Shown here: positions 40,216-52,000 of the stretch, in pieces
Numbering within the stretch: the stretch's first letter is position 1
How the letters are laid out: the number at the start of each line of letters is the position of its first letter
Assembly: GCA_000002435.2 (NCBI GenBank)
Contig: CM018792.1
Length of the DNA: 64,000 nt
Reading direction: 5' to 3' (one strand)
From: Giardia intestinalis
Taxonomy: Eukaryota
Notes under the pieces: model-generated
Told to the model about the DNA's origin: nothing
Databases searched by the model: none
Seen by the model: the letters and a program-made list of their open reading frames with translations, nothing else
Translations under genes and position numbers: made by a program

Positions 40216-41685
40216 CTACTTTGCGCTCCACACGCGGAACACATTGTCAACCGAAGCACTGATAATTACAGAAGCGTCATATGAGATATCAAACGTTGCA
40301 ACTGCGTCCATATGACCATCTAAACGGGCAACCTCTGCGCAGCTCTTCTTCAGGTCCTCGGGACCACCCCAGACCCGTAGAGTTCTGTCATTGCTGCAGG
40401 TAACAATGCGATTACCGAACCCAGGCGCTAGAAATTTGACTAGGTTGACCTCTCCGATATGGCCGTGGAGCACACCTGCCAGTGAGTGTTGATCGTTGTC
40501 GATGACATAAACATCAACTTCTCCCTTCTTTCTCTTCTGTATCTTCTTTCTCTTTACCATATCGGGAAGAGATATGTTATCTCCTACACCGCCTTCCCCA
40601 TGCGAGACTGAGATCGCTGTGTACTGTTTGCTAAGTGACATAGAGCAAGACAAAACCTCGGATCCAAAGTTATGTTCATAGAGAGGAGACTCGGGAGCGC
40701 GCAAATCCGTGATTCTATAAAGTCCATCAGAGCTAGCGCTTATCACTGTTGTCAGGTTGGTATCCATGTCGATTGCTGTAATTTCGGCTGGGTGCTTAGT
40801 TAAAAGCTTACTCGATATTGATAAGTTAGCTGGCTCAGAGAGATGAGATCCAGACCTAAGGCTAGTACTAGTGCTACCAGACGCACTGACACCGAGTGGT
40901 ACGCGGAGGTCATGTACCTGGACTCCACCGTCAAAAGACGCACTTAGTAATCTGTGATCAGAACGGTGGTCAAAGTAGATAGAAATTACCTCCTCTGCAT
41001 GAATGTGAGGCAACGAGGCAAATGGATCATCGGGTCGGCAAACATCCCAGATATAAACCGAGCCAGACGCGTTTCCCGCAGCAAATAGCTTAGGACTCAC
41101 GCGAGAGAATGCCACTGAGAGAAACTCACAAACATCATCGGCCACCATAAGAACCCCCATGGGAGCTCCTGTGTCGGTGTTCCAAAGACGGCAGCTTCCA
41201 TCGAAGGAGGCTGTGCCACAGATAGCTGCATCAGGATAACTGAGCTCAGCGGTATATACTACGCCTTCGTGCCCTTCTAATATGCTTCTCTCCGATAAAC
41301 GAGCCTTGCTGGTCACAATGGAGGAGAGATCATAGATTTTCGCCGTCCTATCATGAGAAGTTACTACAGCGAGCTCTCCTGATTTATCTAGCTTGCAGGA
41401 GGTAATGGGTAGGAGCTCGCTTGTGACAACCGCCCTGGGTGCATATTTATATTTGAGGTTTACCTCCTGCGCAGCCAAGAGAGTAGACGCAACGTAATCT
41501 GTCTGTGCCTTGTAATGGGCCAAAAACCGGTTTGACTGTGCTAAATATTGCACACATGTATTGAGCGATGTCATACAGTGAGGAACAGCAACGGTTTCTG
41601 AAAGGACACTCTGAGTGTGCCTGCTTGTGTAGGAAATCGTTACAGAGGGTGGATAGTAAGTAAGCTCGATCTTGTCGAGCTTCAT
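40216..41685 (-). CDS. WD40-repeat protein, 489 aa.
   Basis: Seven-plus WD-like blades (GHEGVVYTAEL...SFDGSCRLWN, GSVYIWDV, SFDGGVQVHDL, SSDGLYRITDL, SNDRTLRVW, SVDNVFRVW). Confidence 0.6.
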   Translation of the reverse strand: MKLDKIELTYYPPSVTISYTSRHTQSVLSETVAVPHCMTSLNTCVQYLAQSNRFLAHYKAQTDYVASTLLAAQEVNLKYKYAPRAVVTSELLPITSCKLDKSGELAVVTSHDRTAKIYDLSSIVTSKARLSERSILEGHEGVVYTAELSYPDAAICGTASFDGSCRLWNTDTGAPMGVLMVADDVCEFLSVAFSRVSPKLFAAGNASGSVYIWDVCRPDDPFASLPHIHAEEVISIYFDHRSDHRLLSASFDGGVQVHDLRVPLGVSASGSTSTSLRSGSHLSEPANLSISSKLLTKHPAEITAIDMDTNLTTVISASSDGLYRITDLRAPESPLYEHNFGSEVLSCSMSLSKQYTAISVSHGEGGVGDNISLPDMVKRKKIQKRKKGEVDVYVIDNDQHSLAGVLHGHIGEVNLVKFLAPGFGNRIVTCSNDRTLRVWGGPEDLKKSCAEVARLDGHMDAVATFDISYDASVIISASVDNVFRVWSAK

Positions 41686-41788
41686 CAGAGAGCCTTTTTA
41701 ATGGCCATGCAAAATGGAAACTTTGGAAGGCTTAAAACCTTGAAATCCTTCCCCAAGTATTTTTTGTCTTCGTTTAGGTATTCCCAGG

Positions 41789-42196
41789 ATGTCATTAACA
41801 CAGCGCCTTCTGCCCTCTGACCATAAGTCTGTTGATGCGTCTCTTCAGGACCAGCAGATGATCAACACCTTTGCCCGGTTGCACATGGTTTATGTGGAGT
41901 TGGCAGAGCAGCGCAAGGTTCTCAAGAAGCGTCTCGATGACATAGAGAGCGCATCAGTTGCTCTTTTAGAGCTTGATGATACGGAGGTGAAGCCGATGCT
42001 CGCTATCGGGGCGGCTTTCTTCCCAAACGACTCCATGGACATTGATAACTCGCTGGAGGCTCTAAAGGCAACAGTCTCGCAAGAATACGAAGTCGTCTCT
42101 AATCGCTGTAGCAAGATAGAGGCCAAGCTCAATCAACTACGTGATGTGCTCCAACAGAAATTCAAGGGTTCGATAAACCTAGACTACGAAACCTAG
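41789..42196 (+). CDS. Prefoldin beta-type subunit (PFD4-like), 135 aa.
   Basis: Coiled-coil, beta-hairpin, coiled-coil layout (KPMLAIGAAFF hairpin flanked by heptad helices). Weak similarity to prefoldin 4. Confidence 0.45.
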   Translation: MSLTQRLLPSDHKSVDASLQDQQMINTFARLHMVYVELAEQRKVLKKRLDDIESASVALLELDDTEVKPMLAIGAAFFPNDSMDIDNSLEALKATVSQEYEVVSNRCSKIEAKLNQLRDVLQQKFKGSINLDYET

Positions 42197-42317
42197 GGGC
42201 ATTTGCGTTAGTAAATTAGCAGTCCTAGCTCTCATTGCGGTCATAATCGCTGTGCACATGTGATTCGGCAGGAGTTATAGAAAGGAGCGGCACCTAAATT
42301 CAAAACCTGAACCAAAA

Positions 42318-45300
42318 ATGAAACTTCCATATCAGCTCATTTCATGGTGTTTACGACAAGGAATTGCTACTCAATTACGATCTCCCCGACAGGATCTACA
42401 CAATGGATATCTTATTGCTGAACTTTTGAGCAAGTTGTACCCAGAGCATTTCAAGATAGTGCAATTTGATAATCAGAGTTCTGCGACCGTGACATCAAAG
42501 AATTGGAATAGAATCGCTGCAGTTGCTCCCAAGATAAAACTTTCCCTCACTGATACAGAACTTGAGGCATGCAAAGCTGGAGACGAACAGGCTCTTGTTT
42601 CTATATTGAAACGTGTTCACACCTTGCACACGGGGAAAGATCTGGCAGAGAGCAAGCAATCGACAAGACCAGTATCAACAAATGAGGATAGGTCGCTGAC
42701 TAAGGGTCCTGTCTCTAAGCTTGGGGTGGCATTGAACGCCAACCATCAAAATCAGACCATCACTCAGGACCCTCTTAAATTTCTTGTAACGCGGAACCTC
42801 GATAACATACATCATACATCTGCTCATGAACAAACGACCTTTGCCACGGCAACGAACCTTTCAACCATCTTGGTCCATGGTGACGCAGATGGACTGAATG
42901 CTGCCAGCTCCAGACCAAACAACTCTATGCTGTCTATGCGACCATCCACGGCTGCCGTTGATAACGATGATATGGCCTTTAGGATGAATCCTGGTGCTAC
43001 AGGTACATCCAATGAAAATAAGCTGCCGAAGAATGTCCCCAAGTTTGTGCGAGGCGTATATATCTCGACACGAAGACTCCTCATGGAGTTGTCGACAGCC
43101 TGCAAGAATGCAATTACATCTCTTCCAGAACTTCAGAACATGCTTGAGATGATTGATCCACGGGTGGACACCATCTATCCATTTATTAATATATGTCTGC
43201 GCGTTCCTTCAGAAAATGCAGTCGAGCTTTTCGACGCCTTGATCCTTGAGCTGAAGCCGTTTACAACTCTCTTGGTTGATCAAATTTCCGCCAATCCATT
43301 TCTCTTTTGGGAACTCCTGAAGTTGCTTGTCTTATCCTCCATCAACTTGCGGAGGGTAACTGGCCCAAAAGCGGAATTTCCACGGCAGGCGACTGAATAC
43401 CTGTTGCACCTGATTGCAGAGCTAGGCCGGTCTTCTCCGTCATCTCTTGCATTGATCTTCAGTCACATAATTAAAACTAGATTGATGCACGTGATCGATT
43501 TGCGTGAGTTCGGACTTCACAACTTTGTGGATCTTTATATGGCATTTTTGCCGATCATGGAGCATGAATCGGCGTTAGACATAATAACAAATATTATACA
43601 GCTTGCTGACAATAATTTTAGAGAAAAGTCTGATGGCCAATATATGATCAATCCCAGCAAGTTGCGGCTTGCTGTTTTAACCTCTATAGTTTCTGTCATC
43701 TCCGGCTACTTCATCAAGTTCTCCCATGATCCACGCTTTATGCTATATGGAATGTTTGTGTTACCATTGAAGCAACATATTGGAGAAAGTAAAGATGACC
43801 GCAGCAAGTCCAGCAGCCCCGTTAGGTTTTCTGAGCGTGATAACATGCATGCAAGCACAGGAACTGCCCAGTCCTGCAGCGAGTATAGTGTTTCCACTGG
43901 ATATGGGGTCATGGTTCAAGGAGATAACGAAGAAGAGATGCTCTCTGGCAGAGAGCTTTTGGAGCAAATGTTATTAGATATTCTCTATGTGATTATCCGC
44001 GTTCTAGTGGGGTCTGAGAATTTATTGATAGATGAAAGAGTCATCGTTCTGGACCTTCTGTTCAGGTGCTGTGCAGCAAATCCCCAGGAGCTAATGCCCC
44101 ATGCAGAACCCACTATTCTTGTTATCTTTGAGTCCATTGTTAATCGCACAAAGCCATGTATTACGCTAGTCTCTGATAGTGACGATGTAGAAGGGAACAC
44201 ACGGTCTTCGCACCAGCCTTATAGAGTAGCCAACGTTGCTCCAAACTATGGAAGCACTAAACTGACATCTCTCTGCGCTGGGACTGACCTACAGACAATC
44301 CCAGAAGAGGGTAGTAAGAAAACCAGCCTATCTGGTGGTAATCCTGCTACCAAGACCCCAAGAAGAGCGTCAATTGCTTCGTTATCTGTTCCAGAGACTC
44401 ACGCTATAGTAGATGGTCTTCACTCCTCCACGCACACAGCCTCGCTCGGGCCGTCAGTTAGCGTAGGCGCCAGTCAAATAAGTATAGTACCAAGTGACCG
44501 CCACAGTCCAATTGCTGTGATGAACACGGTGGCATCGGAACGGAGTGCAACGGAAACATCGCCCGAGCATAGTGTGGAGGGCATGGTAAAGGTTGAGACG
44601 CATGGCATAAATTGTCAATATGATAATATACCCTACCTACATTATGAAATGCTCCTTTCTCTAGTGCTCATCCTCCGAAGATATGCATCTCTGTGTATCA
44701 AGGATCATTATGACACGCCCTTAGTCCTCGTCTCCTATGACTTGGAAAGAGCCATAATGGACTTTCATGAGCGTCTCTCTCCTGTTTCTCTCCTCATTGG
44801 GATCCTGAGCTCAACCGGTAGAAACATGGACATGATGAAGCACATTACTCCCTTCACAATACAGACCATTCTCGACGATCCGGAAAAGGCTGAGGCGTAC
44901 AATGAGACATTGCACGTCCTTAGGTGTATTATGAACGTTCTCATACAGTCTCCTGATATGACGGAGATTGTCTTTGCCGCCCTCGACGGCAAGGGAGACT
45001 TTGAGCAATCTATAGTTAGCTATCCACCCCATTGCTATCTAAAGATCGTACAGGCTCTATATCCCGGTAGTGAGCTTATGGAGATAGTACCTGCGTTGCT
45101 ATGTGTCGCCGTAACGTATTCAAAGGAATTCCTTGCCAACAAGAGTATCGATCCAAACAATTACTTCATAGCCATCGCACGTCTCATAGAATTCATCCCG
45201 GACATAAGCTGCTTCGTCTATGACCACCTCAGTGACGAGCTCTTCACCCAGATTACAGACCCTCGAGTAAGTGAGACAGCAAGCTCTCTGTTGACAGACC

Positions 45301-45608
45301 TCTTGATCGAGCTCGATAGCATGGTCGACGAGCAAGAACTACAAGCCAGTATACACGCGTTAATACAGTACGCTTTCAATAGCAACGAGGTCCTATTGCC
45401 TACCGCGCGAAAAGCGTTTTCTGGGAAGTTCATGGAAGAATGTCAGCAATCTGTAATAGCCTTTCTCAATTCACTGACAATGGTCCCGACGGCACTATCC
45501 CTGATGAAGGACATTCTCATCAAGACAGATTCCGAAGACTATGGAAACGTACACTTGGCCAAGTTCATTCGTTCAATCTTAGAAGAAAGCTCTGTTGGAG
45601 AAGACTGA
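42318..45608 (+). CDS. Large protein (1096 aa) with an N-terminal SPEF1/CLAMP-type calponin-homology domain (DUF1042/CH_2), probably axoneme or microtubule-associated.
   Basis: N-terminus LISWCLRQGIATQLRSPRQDLHNGYLIAELLSKLYPEHFKIVQFDNQSSATVTSKNWNRIA...ALVSILKRVH follows the CH_2 pattern (W..L..R..DF.NG.L.AEI...YP....NW). Confidence 0.5.
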   Translation: MKLPYQLISWCLRQGIATQLRSPRQDLHNGYLIAELLSKLYPEHFKIVQFDNQSSATVTSKNWNRIAAVAPKIKLSLTDTELEACKAGDEQALVSILKRVHTLHTGKDLAESKQSTRPVSTNEDRSLTKGPVSKLGVALNANHQNQTITQDPLKFLVTRNLDNIHHTSAHEQTTFATATNLSTILVHGDADGLNAASSRPNNSMLSMRPSTAAVDNDDMAFRMNPGATGTSNENKLPKNVPKFVRGVYISTRRLLMELSTACKNAITSLPELQNMLEMIDPRVDTIYPFINICLRVPSENAVELFDALILELKPFTTLLVDQISANPFLFWELLKLLVLSSINLRRVTGPKAEFPRQATEYLLHLIAELGRSSPSSLALIFSHIIKTRLMHVIDLREFGLHNFVDLYMAFLPIMEHESALDIITNIIQLADNNFREKSDGQYMINPSKLRLAVLTSIVSVISGYFIKFSHDPRFMLYGMFVLPLKQHIGESKDDRSKSSSPVRFSERDNMHASTGTAQSCSEYSVSTGYGVMVQGDNEEEMLSGRELLEQMLLDILYVIIRVLVGSENLLIDERVIVLDLLFRCCAANPQELMPHAEPTILVIFESIVNRTKPCITLVSDSDDVEGNTRSSHQPYRVANVAPNYGSTKLTSLCAGTDLQTIPEEGSKKTSLSGGNPATKTPRRASIASLSVPETHAIVDGLHSSTHTASLGPSVSVGASQISIVPSDRHSPIAVMNTVASERSATETSPEHSVEGMVKVETHGINCQYDNIPYLHYEMLLSLVLILRRYASLCIKDHYDTPLVLVSYDLERAIMDFHERLSPVSLLIGILSSTGRNMDMMKHITPFTIQTILDDPEKAEAYNETLHVLRCIMNVLIQSPDMTEIVFAALDGKGDFEQSIVSYPPHCYLKIVQALYPGSELMEIVPALLCVAVTYSKEFLANKSIDPNNYFIAIARLIEFIPDISCFVYDHLSDELFTQITDPRVSETASSLLTDLLIELDSMVDEQELQASIHALIQYAFNSNEVLLPTARKAFSGKFMEECQQSVIAFLNSLTMVPTALSLMKDILIKTDSEDYGNVHLAKFIRSILEESSVGED

Positions 45609-45793
45609 GTTGTGCTGGCGCAATACACCAAGGAATTAGGTCGCTCTGCATTGTGTGCTACCTCCAGTGATGTGGCTTCTAATAAACTCTATAAGCCTAC
45701 TGCAGCATGGCATATAGCAGACAGTCTAATTGTTTACATACAGATAGGCTCAAGAGAAGTAAAGACATCAATGTGTGAGGAAGTCTCTCACCT

Positions 45794-45982
45794 CTATTGA
45801 CCTCCCTGCTCCCTTTTGCGAGCATCTGCTGCAGCTTGCTTTTGCCGCATGATCTCTGCATTGCGCTCCTTTGTCTCAGCTAGGTCAACGCCGGTGTGAG
45901 CACGGCTACGGCCGCCCTCATTTCGCTCCTTCCTTTTTCTTGCTCGTTCACGATCAACATCGCGCTGGTTACCCCGTGTCAT
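45794..45982 (-). CDS. SERF/4F5-domain small EDRK-rich protein (62 aa).
   Basis: MTRGNQRDVDRERARKRKE...NAEIMRQKQAAADARKRE matches the SERF2 N-terminus (MTRGNQRELARQKN) and overall EDRK composition. The true ATG is at 45982; the track starts 3 codons upstream at a GTG. Confidence 0.55.
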   Translation of the reverse strand: MTRGNQRDVDRERARKRKERNEGGRSRAHTGVDLAETKERNAEIMRQKQAAADARKREQGGQ

Positions 45983-46052
45983 CCAGGCCACAGTGGTTGC
46001 TTTTCAAAAAAACCGGCCAGGAAACTTTTGGCTAAATCTGCACTTTAGGCTT

Positions 46053-49000
46053 ATGGCATCCAAGAAGGTGGTTCCTCAGACGTCTGACCTACTCAGAGAG
46101 ATTAGTACTCTGGACCTTCAGAAGCAGCAGGCTTCTACAGAGCTAATGTCTTACACAACGTTGCTCGCTTCTCCCGCTGAGGCCCCTGTGGTTGTCGTAG
46201 ACATGGCGAACTTTATCAACTTCTCTAACTTAGGTGACAAGCTCACGGTTAAGCATCCATATTCCAACATCCCTGGAGACGTTAGGATGCAGCAAAAGTC
46301 TGGAACAAAAGGCCCCAGCTCATCGGGCCCATCTTCATCCCCTACAAATACTACCCAATTGATATTCCCGCCATTCGTTCAGTTTCAAAGTAACCTACGT
46401 ACTCTTTCGCTTATTTCTGGAGACGTCCCACCTCCCAGTTCCGCCCCTTCCATGGTTTCAGAAGCTGCTTTCATTTCTAGCTATGTGGTAGATACCTTTA
46501 CTAAACTATATAGCGAGCTTCTTGTCTATGATCCACAGGAGTCTCAGCTTCCTATCCCAGCGCAACTTCCCTACTCCTTGGCCTCATTCAGGGTGTACAC
46601 ACTGGTACCCTTTTTCCTCTCTCGCTTCAAACACTATTCTGTCTCAGTATATTTTCAAGGTAAAGACCCTTCGCGAGACTTGCTGGTTGCGTCTCCTCTG
46701 GAGACTCTGGTACCAGGCGTCAAAGAAAAGAGCTCTACCCTATTCACAGCGTTGAATATTGACAAGAATCCTCTATACATTCCAGTGACTAATTACACTA
46801 GGATAGAGCAAGGGTCGGAATCTGGAACTACGGGTACTGCTGATTCTACACCTACCAATGACGCAGAATCTTATTACTACCATCCCCATCTTGTGGATGT
46901 AGAGGCTGCTGGTGTAAAATATAGATCTACTGCCAATTGGGCTAGTGTACTTGCCATGGGGATGGACTGTATGGCTGTTAACCCGTACAGTTTCCTCCTT
47001 ACTCCGTTCTCATCGTTCGTGCAGATCTCAATTCCGTTCGATAAATCTTTTACTCCTGACGCCTTGCAGCTCTTCTTGCAATGTACAGATAAAGAGGTGT
47101 CTCCGAATATGGTGACGCTTATTGAGTTTCCTACGTTGTTTGGTGTTATACGCGATAGGATCCGGAAGCACTTCTTACTATCTGAGAACCAGGGCGCTGG
47201 TGTTCGAAGTCCTCTTCTTCATAGCCTTATAGACGACCTTAACAAGATAGACTCACCTAGCCCGAGCCAGGATTCACACAGAGGTTCATACAGAGAGTCC
47301 ATGCACAAAGACGATAGCTCTGTAGACGAGAATACAAAGCGTTACAGTATGAATTTAGGAGGCGACTCGTTCCAAGCTACCTCTAGTGTCAAAGCAACCT
47401 CTCTAACAGTGAAGGATACCTTTGCTTCTCTTTATGAGCCAAAACCTGGGGTTGAATCAACGTTTCTACTGGATCTCTTTGAGTCTGTCATTCAGGACGA
47501 AGCACGTCTACAAACGCCTCTTTCTCTCGGTGTCATAGATGTCCTTTCGATGGAAAAAGCTGAGTATAAGCCCAAGGAACTCTTTAGCAAACCGCCCTCA
47601 CGCTTCCTAGCAGATGAAAACATCCCTGCGCGTTCTGCCGATTCGCGACCGACAATTCTTTCTCGCAATGCATGCGCATCAGGAGCAGCCCCACGTTCTC
47701 TGCGCTCTCTCCTCAATTCCTCTGATTCATCCATGAACAGTTCTATGATGTCAGCAGACTCATCACCCTTTGATGCTTTAGAAGAATATAATCCAGACCT
47801 TATATTTGTCAAGCTTTGGGTGTCGGATCCCGTGCTGGCTGTGATCCTAAGTGACCAGTTTACAGACCATGAAGAGGACTTTCTACAAACATATGCAACT
47901 GAGCGCCAGCTAAAGCTCTATAGAATGCTTGAAAAGAAGCATCCGAGAAAGTACAATAACGGACGCTATAATGTGGGGTCCACAGAAGGAGCATCGGCTT
48001 CCGGTCCAATTATTATTGGAATGACAGCAACCGATATGTCTACAACTCAGGGTGGAATGGGCCGCGGCAGCTATCTTGGTGAAGCTGGTCATAATTGCTC
48101 ACTTCGTAATTCTGGAATCGGTGGAAACAGTGGAATCCCTGTCTCTCTGCAAAACAATAGTGTCATGCTTCCCCATCCTACACACGGGCCAACAGCATCT
48201 ATCTACACAGGGAAGACATCTCGGACGAGGATGACTGCCAAGGAAGCTGCCGAGCGCCGGCGCCTCCTTAAGTTAGAGCGTATGCGTTCCAAGATCTATG
48301 AGTGTAACCAGAACTATCTCCCTGGTAGAAAGCTTACCATGTATAAAGACTATGACCCAGCAAACTTTCCCCTTGGCAAACCAGAAGCCCCTTGGAACAG
48401 TGTAAACAAGGGCGAAACGGCCATAGACATACTTAAAGTCGACATGGCCACACTTAGAACAATGGATCGCAATGAGCTAACAGTCGCCTTGGATACCCAG
48501 GAAAAGATGATGAAAACGATTTCCTTGCTTCCGAGATTGAGGGAAGCTAGCGAAGCTAAGGCTAAGAGACTTCCAGACAAAAATAGTTCTGTTGGTAGTA
48601 GCATTATTGATAGAGAAGCATCTGCTCGTAGTGACAAACGGTGTACTCATCAAGAGTCAACGAAGGGACAACAACCCAACGATTGCCTGGCGCCTACTCC
48701 GAGACTTGGTGACAATCTTGCCAATTCTTCACAGGCTAATCCTTTGACAAGCCTCTTGGATGCTCCTGAGGTGCAAATAGGATCACGTATCGATGAAGAG
48801 GAAAAGCCGAAGAAGAGCAAGAAGAGTAAGTACATCCGCGGATATCGCGTGATAGATGAGACAGAAGCGTATGCTAACAAGAATCATGTCTATGAACAGG
48901 TTCATTGTGACGTGGGCTCAGAAGATTCTCTTTTCAACGACGATCAGCAGAGATCAACGGATATGAGCTACTGCGTTGTTCGACTTACAACCTTGCTGGA

Positions 49001-52000
49001 CCTGGCTAGTGGTGCATTAGTGCTAAACTTACAACAACTACCACGGTCTGTATGTGCATATGAGCCCTATATACCAGAATATCCTTCCCTGTATGGTGAT
49101 GCGAAAATAGTGGGGAAGCGTTCTCCATCGACCAATAAATTAGGCCAAGCAGCTACAAAACAAATAGACTTGCCCGAATCGAAGACAACTATGTCCGTGA
49201 AAGAGTCCGCCCATGCTAGCCAGCACCAGATTTTGTTTGAAGCAGCCACTACTGGACGTCCAGTATGGAGACCAAAGATTATATCTTATGATTCGTCACA
49301 GTCTAATGCAGATGTTAAGCAACAAGTAAAGCCTTCTGCAAACGCTGGATCTTTGGCTGGAGGTGCCAAGCGGCCACTAGAGCCAGCAAAACAGGCTGCA
49401 TTGAGTCAGCAAGAGTGTCCCTTACAGCAGGAAGATATAGAGTCTCAAGCCGATGGAGTAGGGTCAACACTTCTCCCACAGAGCAACATCTTAAATACAG
49501 CGGCTGTGTCTGTTATTGGCGAAAAGGATAAGACTTTTCTACCGACTATAAAGAAGATTCAAACAGCTTCAATGTTGCCAACACTCCAATTGTATCACTT
49601 TACCGCAACACTATTGAGAAAGAACACTAAGGACGTTAGCCTAAAGCAGGATACTCCGTCAGATGTGCACGGTGTGTCCCACGATATTAGTCCGCTTCAC
49701 ACATCTAATGTTGCGCTCCCCTCTCTTTGTATCAACGGTGTTAGTCAAGATGGTTGTTCTGAAAGATCTCAGCAGGATCCAGAGAACCTACTTTTAGAAC
49801 TATGCGATCCCAGCCCTGAGAGGCTTCTCAAGCCACGTAAGATCAAGTCCACCGGAAACATCCATTGGGATCTGGACAACTGGCTGAGCTCAGAAAGTCT
49901 TATTCTGACGTTTAATGCTGATTATCTTCCTGTTGTAGCCCAAACTTCTGAACTAACCTCTCAACGTGATAGTTCAGCTATATGCTTCATGGAAGTGGTC
50001 TTTTATTTTATGCAGAACGAGCGAGTTTTTGCCACACAGCGTAGGGGATTATCGGTCCTTACCGTTGATGTTATCAAGGAGTATTGCATGAATACGCGAC
50101 TGCCAGCAAACATCTCTGAACTTGATAGATATGACCTTACCCTGCTCTTTTCCATCAGCTTCCATTCTGTCCCGGTTCCACACCCGATGACCCTTTTAGC
50201 TCGCTTGGAAGAAGCATCAAAAACTCTGGAGGCAGTGGCGCCTTCGGCAACCAAACCATCAAGCCGCTCCGTTTCAGCAAGCTCCCAAGGAAAAGGATCT
50301 GCCACTGGGGTACAGGAACAAAATAGCTCTGATTACTGGATGATTGATGCCGTACAAGAGAGCAGGTTCTTATTAGAGAAGCAGCTGGATGTAGATTTGA
50401 TTGAGGCCAAATTTAGTTTGGACCTGCTTCCCTTTGTACAGAGCTCACACGGCGCAAATGTGTCTATTTCTGCTCTTCAGAGATACACAGGAGAAGTGGG
50501 AATCGCTAATTTAAAGCTCAAGTCATATGATCTTACAGACCAGAACCAAGGTAGTGATCCTTCAGAAAAGGTACGGCAGGACCAAGAGAACCACTCTCCT
50601 TGTTTGCAAGTTCAATCTATTGTTACTCAAGGTGTGCTTACGGGAATGATGGGGGTCGTTGCTCTTTTCGAAATAGACACATCTGGACCTCATTCTGCGC
50701 GTCCTGTACAGACACCCATTGCTGTTGCACCTACCAATGTATCAGCACCGATGTCTACTCAAGATCAGGTTGATCCATCAACTGGAAATGAAAAACCTAA
50801 CACAGGGGCCGATCCTGCCATCTCTTTCAATATCTCTAGCAGAGCAGATCACACGATTCTCTCGAAGGTCTCAGATACTACTTTTGTGCGCTTGATTCCT
50901 TGCTTCAGAGACGGAGTTCCTGCGGGGGCAACCATATACATTTACGCTTTGGATGATAATAGTGCCATTTTATATAAGAGAGTGCCGATTTGTATCAACG
51001 GGTCGCTTGTGCAATCCGTGGCAGATCTTATTATCCCGACTGAACACAAAACATTCATCATACTAGAAGGGTACAGTATTTTCCAAGCTGCCACAGATTT
51101 AAAAAGCAAGACACCAAGCCCATCTGGCCTTTTACCATTCAAGTTCTCTATGATAACCATTTCAGATAGTTATGTAGATATTCAGCCACTACGCATCAAC
51201 AGTAACCTCTTTCAGCTTCGAAGCCCGTTAAAGCTCAATGGTGATGACAAGTCAACTGTTGAACTGAAGTTCTCGATACCTGGAGGGTATTGCTTTGCGG
51301 AACTGGGGCTGGTAGCAATCCCATGTAAGCCTTCTAAGGTTGACGAGCAGCCCAACGCTGATGTCCCACCAGATGTAGACAATAATGTGGCCCCGTACAA
51401 CCCAATGACAGATGCACCTACCACTGGAGAAGTGTATCAATCTACAGAGGAAGATATTCTTCCTATAAATATATTCCACAAGCCTCTTCTTCCTGTATTT
51501 GAAACTACTCAAAATGCTCCGAGGTCCAAAGGATCTCCTCAGAAGAAGGTGGCTGAAGAGGATGTTAATGTGAAAGTCACTACTGATATTAGGGATGTAC
51601 TAAAGGATGACGCTACGCGAATGGCCGAATGCACGACAAAACTGATTCCATTTTTATGCTCTGGATGTCCTCTTAACAGTCGGAGAGTCTGTCTCATTAA
51701 CATCCCACCCAGCGGAGTTGTAGCGTTAAATGTCTTTGTTCCTGAGGAAGTTGGCATGAAGTATGAGGAGGTTAGCATGCACGTCCAAGCATTCACCTTT
51801 TTGGGAGCTAATGACGCCCCTCCGGCTCAAACAGACGCAAAGGGGAAGCTTGTAGATCCAGTGCCAAATGCAATCTCCGCATGTCAAGCTAATCTTAACG
51901 AGTGGATTTTGCAGCGTCTATGCACCAGTATCTGGAGCAGAACTCGCGTGCTCCAAGGCGAGGAGCTCTTAACACGTGCTAGCTACCTACAGAGCGCTGC

